A program made the translations under genes and the position numbers. A stretch of 64,000 nt of DNA, from contig NC_091989.1 in NCBI RefSeq assembly GCF_044704955.1, positions 104,284,001-104,348,000 on the forward strand, read 5' to 3'. The notes under the pieces were generated by a model, which saw only the letters and a program-made list of their open reading frames with translations, was not told the origin of the DNA and searched no databases. Shown here piece by piece: positions 13,901-26,200 of this stretch; the stretch's first letter is position 1; every line of letters begins with the position of its first letter. The DNA comes from Pristiophorus japonicus. Taxonomy: Eukaryota.

Positions 13901-15680
13901 AGGGGAAGTCATAACGGGGAACAAAGAAATGGCAGACCAATTGAACAAGTACTTTAGTTCGTTATTCACTAAGGAGGACACAAACAACCTTCCAGATATA
14001 AAAGGGGTCAGAGGGTCTATTAAGAAGGAGGAACTGAGAAAATCCTTATTAGTCGGGAAATTGTGTTGGGGCAATTGATGGGATTGAAGGCCGATAAATC
14101 CCCAGGGCCTGATAGGCTGCATCCCAGAGTAATTAAGGAGGTTGCCTTGGAAATAGCGGATGCATTGACAGTCATTTTCCAACATTCCATCGACTCTGGA
14201 ACAGTTCCTATGGAGTGGAGGGTAGCCAATGTAACCCCACTTTTTAAAAAAGGAGGGAGAGAGAAAACAGGGAATTATAGACCGGTCAGCCTGACATGGG
14301 TAGTGGGTAAAATGATGGAATCAATGATTAAGGATGTCATAGCAGCGCATTTGGAAAGAGGTGACATGATAGGTCCAAGTCAGCATGGATTTGTGAAAAG
14401 GAAATTATGCTTGACAAATCTTCTGGAATATTTTGAGGATGTTTCCAGTAGAGTGAACAAGGGAGAACCAGTTGATGTGGTGTATTTGGACTTTCAGAAA
14501 CCTTTCGACAAGGTCCCACACAAAAGATTAATATACAAAGGTAAAGCACATGGGATTGGGGGTAGTGTGCTGACATGGATTGAGAACTGGTTGGCAGACA
14601 GGAAGCAAAGAGTAGGAGTAAATGGGTACTTTTCAGAATGGCAGGCAGTGACTAGTGGGGTACCGCAAGGTTCTGTGCTGGGGCCCCAGCTGTTTACATT
14701 GTACATTAATGATTTAGACGAGAGGATTAAATGTAGTATCTCCAAATTTGCGGATGACACTAAGTTGGGTGGCAGTGTGAGCTGCGAGGAGGATGCTATG
14801 AGGCCTAAGAGTGACTTGGATAGGTTAGGTGAATGGGCAAATGCATGGCAGATGAAGTATAATGTGGATAAATGTGAGGTTATCCACTTTGGTAGTAAAA
14901 ACAGAGAGACAGTCTATTATCCGAATGGTGACAGATAAGGAAAAGGGGAGGTGCAACGAGACCTGGGTGTCATGGTACATCAGTCATTGAAGGTTGGCAT
15001 TCAGGTACAGCAGGCGGTTAAGAAAGCAAATGGCATGTTGGCCTTCATAGCGAGGGGATTTGAGTTCAATGGCAGGGAGTTGTTACTACAGTTGTACAGG
15101 GCCTTGGTAGGCCACATCTGGAGTATTGTGTACAGTTTTGGTCTCCTAACTTGAGGAAGGACATTCTTGCTATTGAGGGAGTGCAGCGAAAGTTCACCAG
15201 ACTGATTCCCGGGATGGTGGGACTGACATATCAAGAAAGACTGGATCAACTGGGCTTGTAGTCACTGGAGTTCAGAAGAATGAGAGGGGATCTCATAGAA
15301 ACGTTTAAAATTCTGACGGGTTTAGACAGGTTAGATGCGGAAGAATGTTCCCAATGTTGGGGAAATCCAGAACCAGGGGTCACAGTCTAAGGATAAGGGG
15401 TAAGCCATTTAGGACCGAGATGAGGAGAAACTTCTTCACCCATAGAGTGGTGAACCTGTGGAATTCTCTACCACAGAAAGTTGTTGAGGCCAATTCACTA
15501 AATATATTCAAAAAGGAGTTAGATGTAGTCCTTACTACTGGAGGGATCAAGGGGTATGGCGAGAAAGCAGGAATGGGGTACTGAAGTTGCATTTTCAGCC
15601 ATGAACTCATTGAATGGCGCTGCAGACTCGAAGGGCCGAATTGCCTATTCCCATACCTATTTTCTATGTTTCTATGTTTC
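10998..15680 (+). mobile_element. CR1 copy C, near full length (5' UTR, ORF1 zinc finger + SGNH esterase, EN-RT ORF2, tail), decayed; nested in copy B
   Basis: ORF1 has IVIGDSIVR..VVVHVGTNNIG..DGLHL. EN lies at 12973-13434 and RT at 14063-14938. Tail at about 15660-15680. Confidence 0.95.
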
Positions 15681-16240
15681 TATATCTAAAGTAGCTTTTG
15701 CAGTCCGTCTTAATGTTCCCTGCAAGCTTCCTCTCGTACTCTATTTTCCGTGCCCTAATCAAACCATTTTTCCTCCTCTGCTGAGTTCTAAATTTCTGCC
15801 AGTCCCCAGGTTCACTGCTATTTCTGGCCAATTTGTATGCCACTTCCTTGGCTTTAATACTATCCCTGATTTCCCTTGATAGCCACGGTTGAGCCACCTT
15901 CCCTTTTTTATTTTTACGCCAGACAGGGATGTACAATTGTTGTAGTTCATCCATGCGGTCTCTAAATGTCTACCATTGCCCATCCACTGTCAACCCCTTA
16001 AGTATCGTTCGCCAATCTATCCTAGCTAATTCACGCCTCATACCTTCAAAGTTACACTTCTTTAAGTTGTGGACCATGGTCTCTGAATGAACTGTTTAAT
16101 TCTCCATCCTAATGCAGAATTCCACCATATTATGGTCACTCTTACCCAACGGGCCTCGCACAACGAGATTGCTAATTAATCCTCTCTCATTACACAACAC
16201 CCAGTCTAAGATGGCCTCCCCCCTAGTTGCTTCCTCAACA
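15681..16240 (-). mobile_element. CR1 copy B, 5' continuation
   Basis: Resumes where 10997 stops (..CTCTTTAC / TATCTA..GCTTTTGCAGTCC). Encodes YVEEATRGEAILDWVLCNE..GKSDHNMV. Confidence 0.9.
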
Positions 16241-17349
16241 TAAGCACATGGTTTAGGGGGTAAAGTACTGACCTGGATAGAGAACTGGTTGGCAGACAAG
16301 AAGCAGAGAGTTGGGATAAATGGTTCCTTTCAGAATGGCAGGCAGTGACTAGTGGGGTGCTACAGGGCTCAGTGCTGGGACCCCAGCTATTTTCAATATA
16401 TATTAATGATTTTGGAAGAATAAATTGAGTGTAATATTTCCAAGTTTGCAGATGACACTAAACTGGGTGGCGGTGTGAGCTGTGAGGAGGATGCTAAGAG
16501 GCTGCAGATTGACTTGGACAGGTTAGCCGAATGGGCAAATGCATGGCAGATGCTGTATAATGTGGATAAATATGAGGTTATTCACTTTGGGGGCAAAAAC
16601 ATGAGGGCAGAATGTTATCTGGATCGTGGCAGATTAAGGGGAGTTGCAACGAGACCTGCGTGTCATTGAAAGTTGGCATGCAGGTATAGCAGGCGCTGAA
16701 GAAGGCAAATAGTATGTCGGCCTTCATAGCGAGGGGATTTGAGTACAGGAGCAGGGAGGTGTTACTGCAGTTGTGCAGGGTCTTGGTGAGGCTTCACCTG
16801 GAATATTGTGTTCCTTTTTGTCGCCTAGTCTGAGGAAGGATGTTCTTGCTATTGAGGGAGTGCAGCGAAGATTCACCAGACTGATTCCCTGGATGGCAGG
16901 ACTGACATATGAGGAGAGACTGGATCGACTGAGCCTTTATTCATTAGAGTTTAGAAGGATGAGACATAGAAACAGAAAATTCTGACGGGACTGGACAGGT
17001 TAGATGCAGGAAGAATGTTCCCGATGTTGGGGAAATTCAGAACCAGGGGATACAGTCTAAGGATAAGGGGTAAGCCATTTAGGACTGAGATGAGGAGAAA
17101 CTTCTTCACTCAGAGTTGTTAACCTGTGGAATTCCCTACCGCAGAGAGTTGTTGATGCCAGTTCATTGGATATATTCAAGAGGGAGTTAGATATGGCCCT
17201 TACGGCTAAAGTGATCAAGGGGTATGGAGAGAAAGCAGGAAAGGGGTACTGAGGTGGATGATCAGCCATGATCTTAGTGAATGTTGGTGCAGTTTCGAAG
17301 GGCTGACTGGCCTACTCCTGCACCTATTTTCTATGTTTCTATGTTTCTA
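16241..17349 (+). mobile_element. CR1 copy A, 3' continuation
   Basis: Resumes at AAGCACATGG (the AHG motif just after FDKVPH). RT C-terminus and TTTCTATG tail follow. Confidence 0.85.
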
Positions 17350-17830
17350 TTGCCCCACAGCCCACGAGGCTGTCACAGGTGAGTGCCTACGCCAGCTTTG
17401 CCGGTTGCAAAGCTGGCTGACAACTGCTCGCGGGGTGGAAGTTCAAGGGGATGTTGCCAGCACCCTGCGCAGCCATCTTCCTCATTTTGCTGACTCACAG
17501 GTCAACTCTCCTGGTTTCCCCAAGCCTGACATTGTGCAGTGCATACTCGATTTTTGGTGCCGGGCTGCAGGCCCAGTACAACGCTGCTCTGGTGGTGACG
17601 TCCATCAGAGGCCTTGCAAAGTGCGCAGCAACCCTCCCCTTTAGGCGAAGGGGAGGAGTGTTGAAGCATGCCAATACTACGCAGAACATCCACGTAACGC
17701 TGCACTACTCACCTCATTAGCACCGCTGGTCCTGCTCCTAAAGGAAGTGGAGCACACGAGATTGCGCTCCGCTTCCTATGAGGGGCGGTAAGCCCAATTC
17801 AGCAGCCGGGGCTGGACTGCGTGCAAGTCC
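17350..17830. mobile_element. MITE-like element fragment, same family as 32208-32855
   Basis: Shares the blocks GCAGCAACCCTCCCCTTTAGGCGAAGGGGA..TTGAAGCA and GGGGCGGTAAGCCCAATTC with 32590-32770. Confidence 0.6.
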
Positions 17831-20800
17831 TCAAAGCTAGTAATCTCTGGGTTACTACCAGTGCCACGTGCTAATGAGTATAAGAATAGAAGAATAGAGA
17901 GGATGATCATGTGGCTGGAACGTTGGTGCAGGAGGGAGGGCTTTAAATTCTTGAGGCATTGGGACCGCTTCTGGGGGAGATGGTACCTTTACAAACTGGA
18001 CGGGTTGCACATCAATAGCGCCGGGACCAATATCCTCGTGGGGACTTTTGATGGTGCTGTTGGGGAGAATTTAAACTAGCTTGGCAGGTGGATGGAAGCC
18101 TGAGAATGAAAAAAGAAGGGAAGGAAGTAAAGCAGAGTTTTGATTGCAATAATCAAGAAAGCGAATCTGTAAGACAGAGGAAACAGGGCTTAGTATGTAA
18201 TACGCAAAGAGATCTTCCTGTGCTGAATGGTATATACTTTAATGCAAGGAGTGTCGCGAATAAGGCGGATGAGCCAAGAGCACAGCTTGACACTTGGGAG
18301 TAAGACATTATAGCCATTACAGAAACACGTCTGAAAGAGGGACAGGTTTGGCAGATCAATATTCCTGGCTACAGGATTTTTAGACAAGATCGAGAGGGGG
18401 GTAAAAAGGGGGAGGGGGGTTGCAGTACTGACTAAAGAAACTATTAAAGCAGTGAGGAGCGATGATAGGATAGAGGGATCATCAAATGAGACCATATGGG
18501 TGGAATTGACAAATAAAAAAGGGGCGATCAAACTGCTATCCATGTATTGTAGACCCGCAAAGAGTGGGAGGGAGATAGAGGAGCAAATATGTAGGCAAAT
18601 TGCTGAGAAGTCCAAAAACCATAGGGTAGTAATAGTAATAGATTTTGATTATCCAGATATTGATTGGGGCAAATTTACTGTGAAGGTATAGAGGGTGTCG
18701 AATTCTTGAAATGCATTCAAGAAAACTTTTTTAGTCAGTATGTAGAAAGCCCAACATGAGAGGGGACAGTCTTGGATTTAATTCTGGGGAATGAAGCTGG
18801 GCTGGTTGAAGGGGTATTAGTGGGAAAGCACTTGGGTGCCAGTGACCATAATTCAGTCAGATTCAAGTTGGTTATGGATAAGGACAAGAATTGGCCTGGA
18901 ATAAAAGTTCCAAATTGGGGAAAAACTAATTTTGTTAAGTTAAGGAGTGATTTGGCAATAGTGGACTGGAAACAGCTACCTGTGGGCAAATCACTGTCGG
19001 AACAGTGGGAGGCATTCAAGGAGGAGATCCGGAAGGCTCAAGCCAAACATATGCTCTTAAAGAAAAAGGTTGGGAAAAATAATTCCAGGGCCCCCTGAAT
19101 GTTTAAGGATTACAGGGGAGGATTAAGAAAAAAAGGGACGCTTATGTCATATATTAATGGCTAAATATCATAGAATCTTTAGAGGAATGTAGAAAGTTAA
19201 GAGGGAAAATTAAAAAGGATATTATGAATGCTAAGAGAGAGCACGAGAAATTCTTGGCCAGTAAAATTAAGGAAAAGCCTAAGATGTTCTATAAATATAT
19301 TAAGAGTCAGCGGGTAACTAAAGAAAGGATAGGGCCTATTAGAGACCATGAAGGTAAACTTTGTGTGGAGATGTTGGTAGGGTTCTTAATGAATATTTGC
19401 ATCTGTTTTCACAAACAAAAGGGGCAATGCAGATACTGCTATCAAGGAGGAGTGATATTCTGGATGAAATAAATATAATGAGAGAGTAAGTATTAAGGAG
19501 TTTAGAAGCTTTGAAAGTAGATAAGTCCCTAGGTCCGGATGAAATGCATCCCAGGCTGTTGAGCGAAGTAAAAGAGGAAATAGCAGAGGCCTTGACCATC
19601 ATTTTCCAGTCCTCTTTGTATCTGGGCATGATGCCGGAGCATTGGAGGACTGCTAATGTAGTACCCTTGTTTAAGAAGGGAGAAAGGGATAGGCCAAGTA
19701 ATTACAGGCCTGTCAGCCTAATCTCAGTGGTGGGGAAATTATTGGGAAAAATCCTGAAGGACAGGATAACTCTGCATTTGGAAAGGCAAGGATTAATTAG
19801 GACAGTCAGCACAGATTTATTAAGGGAAGATCGTGTTTGACTAAACTGATTGAATTTTTTGAGGAGGTAACCAAAAGGATCGATGAGGGTTGTGCATATG
19901 GTGTAGTATATATGGACTTTAGCAAGGCTTTTGATAAGGCCCCATGTGAGACCTTAGACTGGTCATGAAGGTTAACGCCCATGGGATACAGGGAAAAGTA
20001 GCAAGTTGGATCCAAAATTGGTTTGGAGGTAGGAAGCAAAGGGTAATGATTGATGGATTTTTTTTTGATTGGAAGGATGTTTCCAGCGGGGTTCCGCAGG
20101 GCTCAGTACAAGGTCCCTTGCTTTTTGTGGTATATATCAATGATTTAGATTTGAATATAGGAAGTATGATTAAGAAGTTTGCAGAAGACACTAAAATTTA
20201 CTGTGTGATTGATAATGAAGAGGAAAGTCATGGGCTGCAGGAGGATATCAATCTACTGGTCAGGTGGGCAGAGCAGTGGCAAATGGAATTTAATTCAGAG
20301 AAGTGTGAGGTGATACACTTTGGGAGGGCTAATAAGGAAAAGGTATACACATTAGGCAGTAGGCCACTTAATAGCGTAGATGAGCAAAGGGACCTTGGAG
20401 TGCTTGTCCACAGATCCCTGAATATAGCAGGCCATGTGGGTATAGTGGTTAAGGAGGCATACAGAATGCTTGCCTTTGTAGGCCAAGACATAGAATATAA
20501 GAACAGGGAGGTTATGCTTAAATTGTATAATACTTTGGTTGGGCCACAGCTGGAGTACTGCATGCATTTCTGGTTGCCGTATTATAGGAAGGACATGACT
20601 GCACTAGAGAGGGTGCAGAGGAGATTTACTAGGATGCTGCCTGGAATGGAAAATCTTAGTTTTGAGGACAGATTGGATAGGCTGGGTTTGTTCTCATTGG
20701 AACAGAGGAGGTTGAGAGGAGACGTCATTGAGATGTACAAAATATTGAGGGGCCTGGACATTGTGGACAGTCAGGGCCTATTTCCATTGGTGGAGGGGGC

Positions 20801-21444
20801 TATTATGAGGTGACATAGTTTTAAGGTGGCTGGTGGAAGGTTTAGAGGGGATTTGAGGGGATTTGAGGGGGGGGCTTATTTAAGCAGAGAGTTGTGGGGA
20901 TCTGGAACTTGCCTGGAAGAGTGGTGGATGCAGAAATCCTCACCACTTTTACGAGATGGTTGGATGGGCAGTTGAAGTGCAGTAACCTGCAGAGTTACGG
21001 ACCTAGAGCTGGTAATTGGGATTAGACTGGATTACCTTTCGTTGGACGGTGCAGATATAATGGTAAGTAATGCAGAGAATAGAATACAGCCATCATGATT
21101 TCCTGGACTAGTTTCAATCGCCTGGATGGGTCAAAGAGGAATTTTCCCAGATTTTTTCTTCCTAAATTGGCCTGGGTTTTTATCTGGTTTTTGCCTCTCC
21201 CAGTAGATCACATGGCTCCGGTTGAGGTGGAGTGTAGAATGTTTCAGTATAAGGGGTGTCGCAATTGTGTGAGGCTGAGTGGTTGGGCTGGATGCTCTTT
21301 GCCTTTCTGGCATTGTTCATATGTTTATATGTAACCTTTAGGGCTGCTGACCAAGGGTTGTGTGGCTCTTTGTCGGATGGCGCGGACACAATGGACCAAA
21401 ATGGCCTTCTTCTGCACTGTAATTTTTTATGTTTCTATGTTTCT
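17831..21444 (+). mobile_element. CR1 LINE of a divergent family (ORF1 end, EN, RT, long 3' UTR)
   Basis: Motifs WLERWCRREGFKF..DGLH; YFNARSV; GASDHNSV; KFAEDTK. Tail TTTTTATGTTTCTATGTTTCTA. Its 3' UTR is repeated at 50541-50846. Confidence 0.9.
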
Positions 21445-21639
21445 AAGAATTCCGGGCCCCAGCAGGTTACCACCTAACAAAGCAATTTCATTCCATCAGA
21501 TTTGTATAATTTTTTCTCTTGATCTGAAGCCTTTCAAAGTCCAGTTCATTTGATTAATAGCCTTTATGGATTTATATATTTATCCAACTTGTACAGATAC
21601 TTGGAATGAGTGATCATAGCATGATTGAATTTCAAATTC

Positions 21640-22281
21640 AGATAGAGCAGATGAATGAGTATCTGCAGAGATGGTGCAGGAGGGAGGGCTTTAGATTCCT
21701 AGAGCACTTTGGACCGGTTCTGGGGGAGTTGGGACCAGTAGAGGCCAGACGGGTTGCACATCAACAGGACCGGGACAAATATCCTCACTGGATGGGGGAG
21801 GGGGATTGCTAGTGCTGTTGTGGATGGTTAAAACAAATTTATCAGTGAGATAGGTACCAGGATGTAGCATCAGGAGAAACACGGTGCACAATGGAGTGGG
21901 AGAGACAGATAGCACCAGAGTAAGAGGTAGTACAGTATGAGGTGAAGTCAGACAAAAAGAAAATACGAGAAGGTCCAAGATAGGCTTACAGTACATGTGG
22001 TTAAATGCACAATGCGTGGTAAATAATGTTGGTGAGCTGCAGGTGCAAATATCCATGTGAGAATATAATGTTGTGGCTCAAAAAAGAGAAGATGTGGGTA
22101 CTAAATATTCCTGGATATAAAGAAGTTCAGGAAAGTTAGGGAAGGGAAGAAAAGAAAGGAGGTGGGGAGCAGTTTTGATCAAGGAGAATATTACAGTGCT
22201 GGAGAGAGAGAATCTCTTGGTGGAGTCAAGGTCATAATCTATTTGGTTAGAGATTGAAGTGGGACTTTAGAGGCCCACTAT
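21640..22281 (+). mobile_element. Old CR1 fragment (ORF1 end / EN start) abutting the ERV LTR
   Basis: Encodes LQRWCRREGFRFL, followed by degenerate EN N-terminal sequence. Confidence 0.75.
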
Positions 22282-22841
22282 TGTTAAGGAAAATAGGAAT
22301 TGGGCCTGCTATTAGAAACAGACATATTTTAGAATGTCAAATTATAGCAAAGCATTGCACACGAGCTGAGCAAAACAATTACAGGATGTAGCCTAATTGC
22401 TAGAAACTGCAAACTTGGCTACCTGAGTATTCTTAAACTAACAGGCAGGTCAAGATGAACATACATCTTCACAGATAAGAACATCTACCATGGTCAAGAA
22501 ATACAAACAACGGAAGAAATACAACTTCTAGCCCGCTAGGTAGGGGCAACTTGGAGACGTCTGTGAAAACATTCTCAAAAGTCATGAGCTTATATTCAGT
22601 TCTTGCAGTTAAGTCAGAGGCACTTTTGAAATGTCAGAGTCTGGGGTCAGTTCTTGGAACTGATGATGCATAATGGATTGTAGTTTTCGGCTTTAAATAC
22701 TATAAGCTGGCAGCCAGGCAGAGAGATGGAGTTTAGGGTTATACCCAAAACTGCTGTTCTCCCCTTGGCCAAGGTATTCTCAAATAAACATATTTTGTTC
22801 TTTAACAGACTTGTGTTGAGCTTTTATTTGGTTCCACAATA
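22282..22841 (+). mobile_element. 5' LTR of a retrovirus-like element
   Basis: Starts TGTTAAGGAA and ends TTCCACAATA (imperfect inverted termini). Has a TATA-like TTTAAATACTATAA at about 22692 and AATAAA at about 22783. Followed by a PBS. Confidence 0.7.
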
Positions 22842-22844
22842 AAT

Positions 22845-22862
22845 TGGCAATGTGGATGCGAT
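22845..22862 (+). promoter_or_regulatory. Primer-binding site, degenerate tRNA-Ser(GCU) type
   Basis: TGGCAATGTGGATGCGAT versus TGGCGACGAGGATGGGAT (recalled vertebrate tRNA-Ser 3' complement): 14/18 match, and two mismatches are CpG-type. Confidence 0.6.
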
Positions 22863-23199
22863 CCGCCAGGAGGCGGACAGACCAATGTCAACAGAAACAT
22901 CTCGGTGAGAGTAAGTTTAAAGTACCATTCCAAAATTAGACGAATTCTGTGATAAGACTGTCAAGTCAACCTGGGATTCCGAACTGTAAAGTCTGCTAAA
23001 GAACAAACTTTATTGGCGCGAGAGTGTGATAAGTTAGTTTAATGTAATTGATTTAGTTTAAAGTCATTGATTAGAACTGCGTTGTGCAGAAAGTATATCG
23101 GTGAAATAAGGCTAAGATTTAACATGAAGGTTGGAATAAACTACGGATTGGAGAGACGTGAAGTCATCGGACAGGTGACGTAGATCGTCAGACCATATA

Positions 23200-24456
23200 A
23201 TGTCATCGGGCAAAGGATTAGACTGGGGGTTAGACAACTCCCCTACTAAGTTCTATGTGGATGACCGGAAGGGATTAATCGACAAAATGTTAAAAGATGG
23301 GTGAGACCCGTTACAAGAACCAGCCGAGCAAAAGGCTTGGTGCGGAAAAGAGAAAACTAAGAGAGCCAAGAAAGCCGGTGTAATTATAGTGGGAGAGTTT
23401 TTACAATTTAGTGACAAGATGAAACCCAAAATTGAGGAATTAAGGCAATTAAGGGAAGAAGTAAAGAAACTAAGAGAAGCTAATGAAACCCGTTGTGTGT
23501 CCAGACTTTTTGGGAGACCCAGAGACTACGACAGGGACGAAGGCAGGGAGCCGGAGGCACCCACTTTCTATGAAAAAGCGAGAGTTACTGCACCCGAGTA
23601 TGACCTAGAGGATGATACTCAGCTCCCTGCAGCCCCATTGTGAACATCCAATACGGGACAGGGAGCTGACCGTAAAGTAGCAGTGAAATACATACCGTTT
23701 ACCCATTTGGAGAAACACGGGATCCTCAAGGATCTACCTTCTCTGAAGGAAAAACACAGCAATTCTGTATTTTGGAGATTGTTAAGGGAAATGTATGACA
23801 TCCACGAGATGCACGAGAGGGATGTACATCAGATAGTGAGGGCTAAATGCCCACGGCCTAAATGGGAGACATTAAGACAGCATTATAGAAATGGTGAATG
23901 GACTCCTTTGAATAATGCCAGTCAGGCAGTCCGACAGACAGCATACGATGATTTCACCCAGACAGTCCAAGCAGCCTTGCAAACTCCCGCTCCCAACTGG
24001 GGACTAATTTTGTTAGTCCGCCAGAAGAAAAATGAAAACAGCAGTGAGTATGGTCATAGATTGTGGACCGCCTATCAAGAATACTCAGGTCAGGCAGCCC
24101 CAGACAAGGAAGATCAGGCATTTTTAAAGATGTTTAAAGATGGCCCGTCAGCCGACCATCAGAAAATACTTAAGATGGGGGTAGTCGGCGCAGATACCTA
24201 TGCTGGACTGGTGAGCTGGGCATGCCAAGTGGATAATGAAGCCAGCCAACACCAGAAGCCGATCAAAGTAGAAATAGGAGCGGCACCTAGCAAAAGACCC
24301 AGTGGAGTTTGCTACAATTGTGGCAAACCCGGACACATATCCAAGGACTGTACGAGTCCACATCCCAAGTGCACCAAATGCCAGAAAATGGGGCACAACA
24401 AAAACCAGTGTTGGGTGCCGGGAGGGGCTGGAAAAGTCCCACACTATAGGGACTGA
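23200..24456 (+). pseudogene. gag: Retroviral gag with coiled-coil segment and two CCHC zinc knuckles (2 internal stops)
   Basis: A single frame from ATG 23200, with TGA at 23302 and 23641. Contains CYNCGKPGHISKDC and CTKCQKMGHNKNQC. Confidence 0.85.
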
Positions 24457-26200
24457 AAGCCAGTGGCCCCCACTCAGAGCGAAGGCGACCCTCGAATCGA
24501 CATAACAGTATTGTTAGGAGGCTGGCAATGGGAGATGTTGGTGGATACAGGAACCTCTGTCTGAATGACAGATATTCCCCTACCCACAACCAAACAGACA
24601 GATTTAATCACAGAGGTTGGGGGATCTGCCACCAGAGCACACTTAAGCAAAGTAATATTATTGGACGTGGCAGGGATTCTAATCCGTGCACAATTTTATG
24701 TTTGTCCCAATAATGAGGATACAATATTAGGAATCGATCTCCTAGAATAATTAGGAACGTTGATTGATCCCCGGGGGAAGAAAATAGTTTGGAGAAGCCC
24801 AAATGGTCACAAAACTGCTACCTTCAGGGAACAAAATAGATTGGACAACCATGCAAAGGTGGGGAGCGTACAACTCCTCACTAGGGTTTGGGATACATTA
24901 AAAGGATATGGCCCCGTGTGTCTGCAGATTGATGGAGTGTGGGCACGGTCCAAACAAGATTTTGGGCTGCTAGATATCGACCCAATCATTGTCCCGGGAC
25001 CCGAGCACACCCTTCATAAACAATATCCAATCAAACCTGAAGCCAGGGAGGCAGTCAAACAAATTGTACAAGATCTGCTGCACAGTGGCATACTCCGGGA
25101 AGCTGAGAGCACCACTAATTCACCCGTGTGGCCGTTAAAGAAGCCGGACGACTCATACCGACTGATTATAGATTACACGGCTCTGAATAAAGTGACACCT
25201 CGTCAGCACCCCATTGTAGCCAGCCCAGACACAATCTTTAACGGATTGAAACCCGACCATAAGATACTCACAGTCTTTGACATAGCCAATGGATTTTGGT
25301 CCATACCTGTGGCTCAGGAATCACAGGAAAGTTTGCCTTTACCTAGGGGACCTCCAGTATACCTGGACACGGGTGTCACAGGGATTCCACAATAGCCCGG
25401 CAATATTTCACCGGACTATGAGTCGAGCCCGAGAAAAGGTGGACCTAACCCTTTACAGAAGCACAGTCCTCCAGTATGTGGATGATCTGCTGATCGCCTC
25501 AGAGGATGAATGGGGCCACACGGGTGCTCTCTCAGAAATCTTAGAGACCCTACAAAGGGTGGGATTTAAAGCCAATCCCATGAAAGCCCAGATCGGACAG
25601 ACAGTGGTACAATATTTGGGACATGACATATCACAAGGGACCAGAACAATGTCTCAAGATAGGAAAGAAGCTATCAGAATCAGGCCCCACCCAAAGACAG
25701 TCCGAGGGGTACGGAAAGTACTGAGACGCTTTAATTACTGCAGAAACTTTATAGACAACTTCGCAGCCATAGCAGAACCAAAACAGAAATTGGTGAAAGG
25801 GGGGGAAACCCTCCCTAGAGAGTGTAGAATAGCGCCTGGAGCAGGAAGCAGCATATGGTAATCTGAATGAAGCCTTAATGTCTGCACCCGGCCTGCGACT
25901 CCGGAACATAGACATTTACTGCGAAAATGAGGAAGGATTCTATGGGGCAGTGGTCACTCAGATGCATGGGGACAGGATGCGTCCTGCAGCCTATTACTCA
26001 ACCCAACAGTCACCCGTGGTCTGTCACGGTGTGTGGCGGCTCTGGACTGTGCAACGTGGGCAGTAAAAGTCAGTGAACCGTTAGTGATAACCGGGGAGAT
26101 TGTACTGCTCACTAAACACACTCTGGAAGAAATGCTCAACACCGGGAAACTAAGATCCATGTCCAATGTACACAGGGCTAAATGGGAGGCAGTTTTACTC
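24457..26200 (+). pseudogene. pol: Retroviral pro-pol (protease, RT, tether/connection domain), truncated by CR1
   Basis: Protease MLVDTG..ILGIDLL. RT KQYPI..NSPVWP..LIIDY..DIANGFWSIP..YTWTRVSQGFHNSP..QYVDDLL. Tether GAVVTQ..RPAAYYS..CATWAV. Confidence 0.9.
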
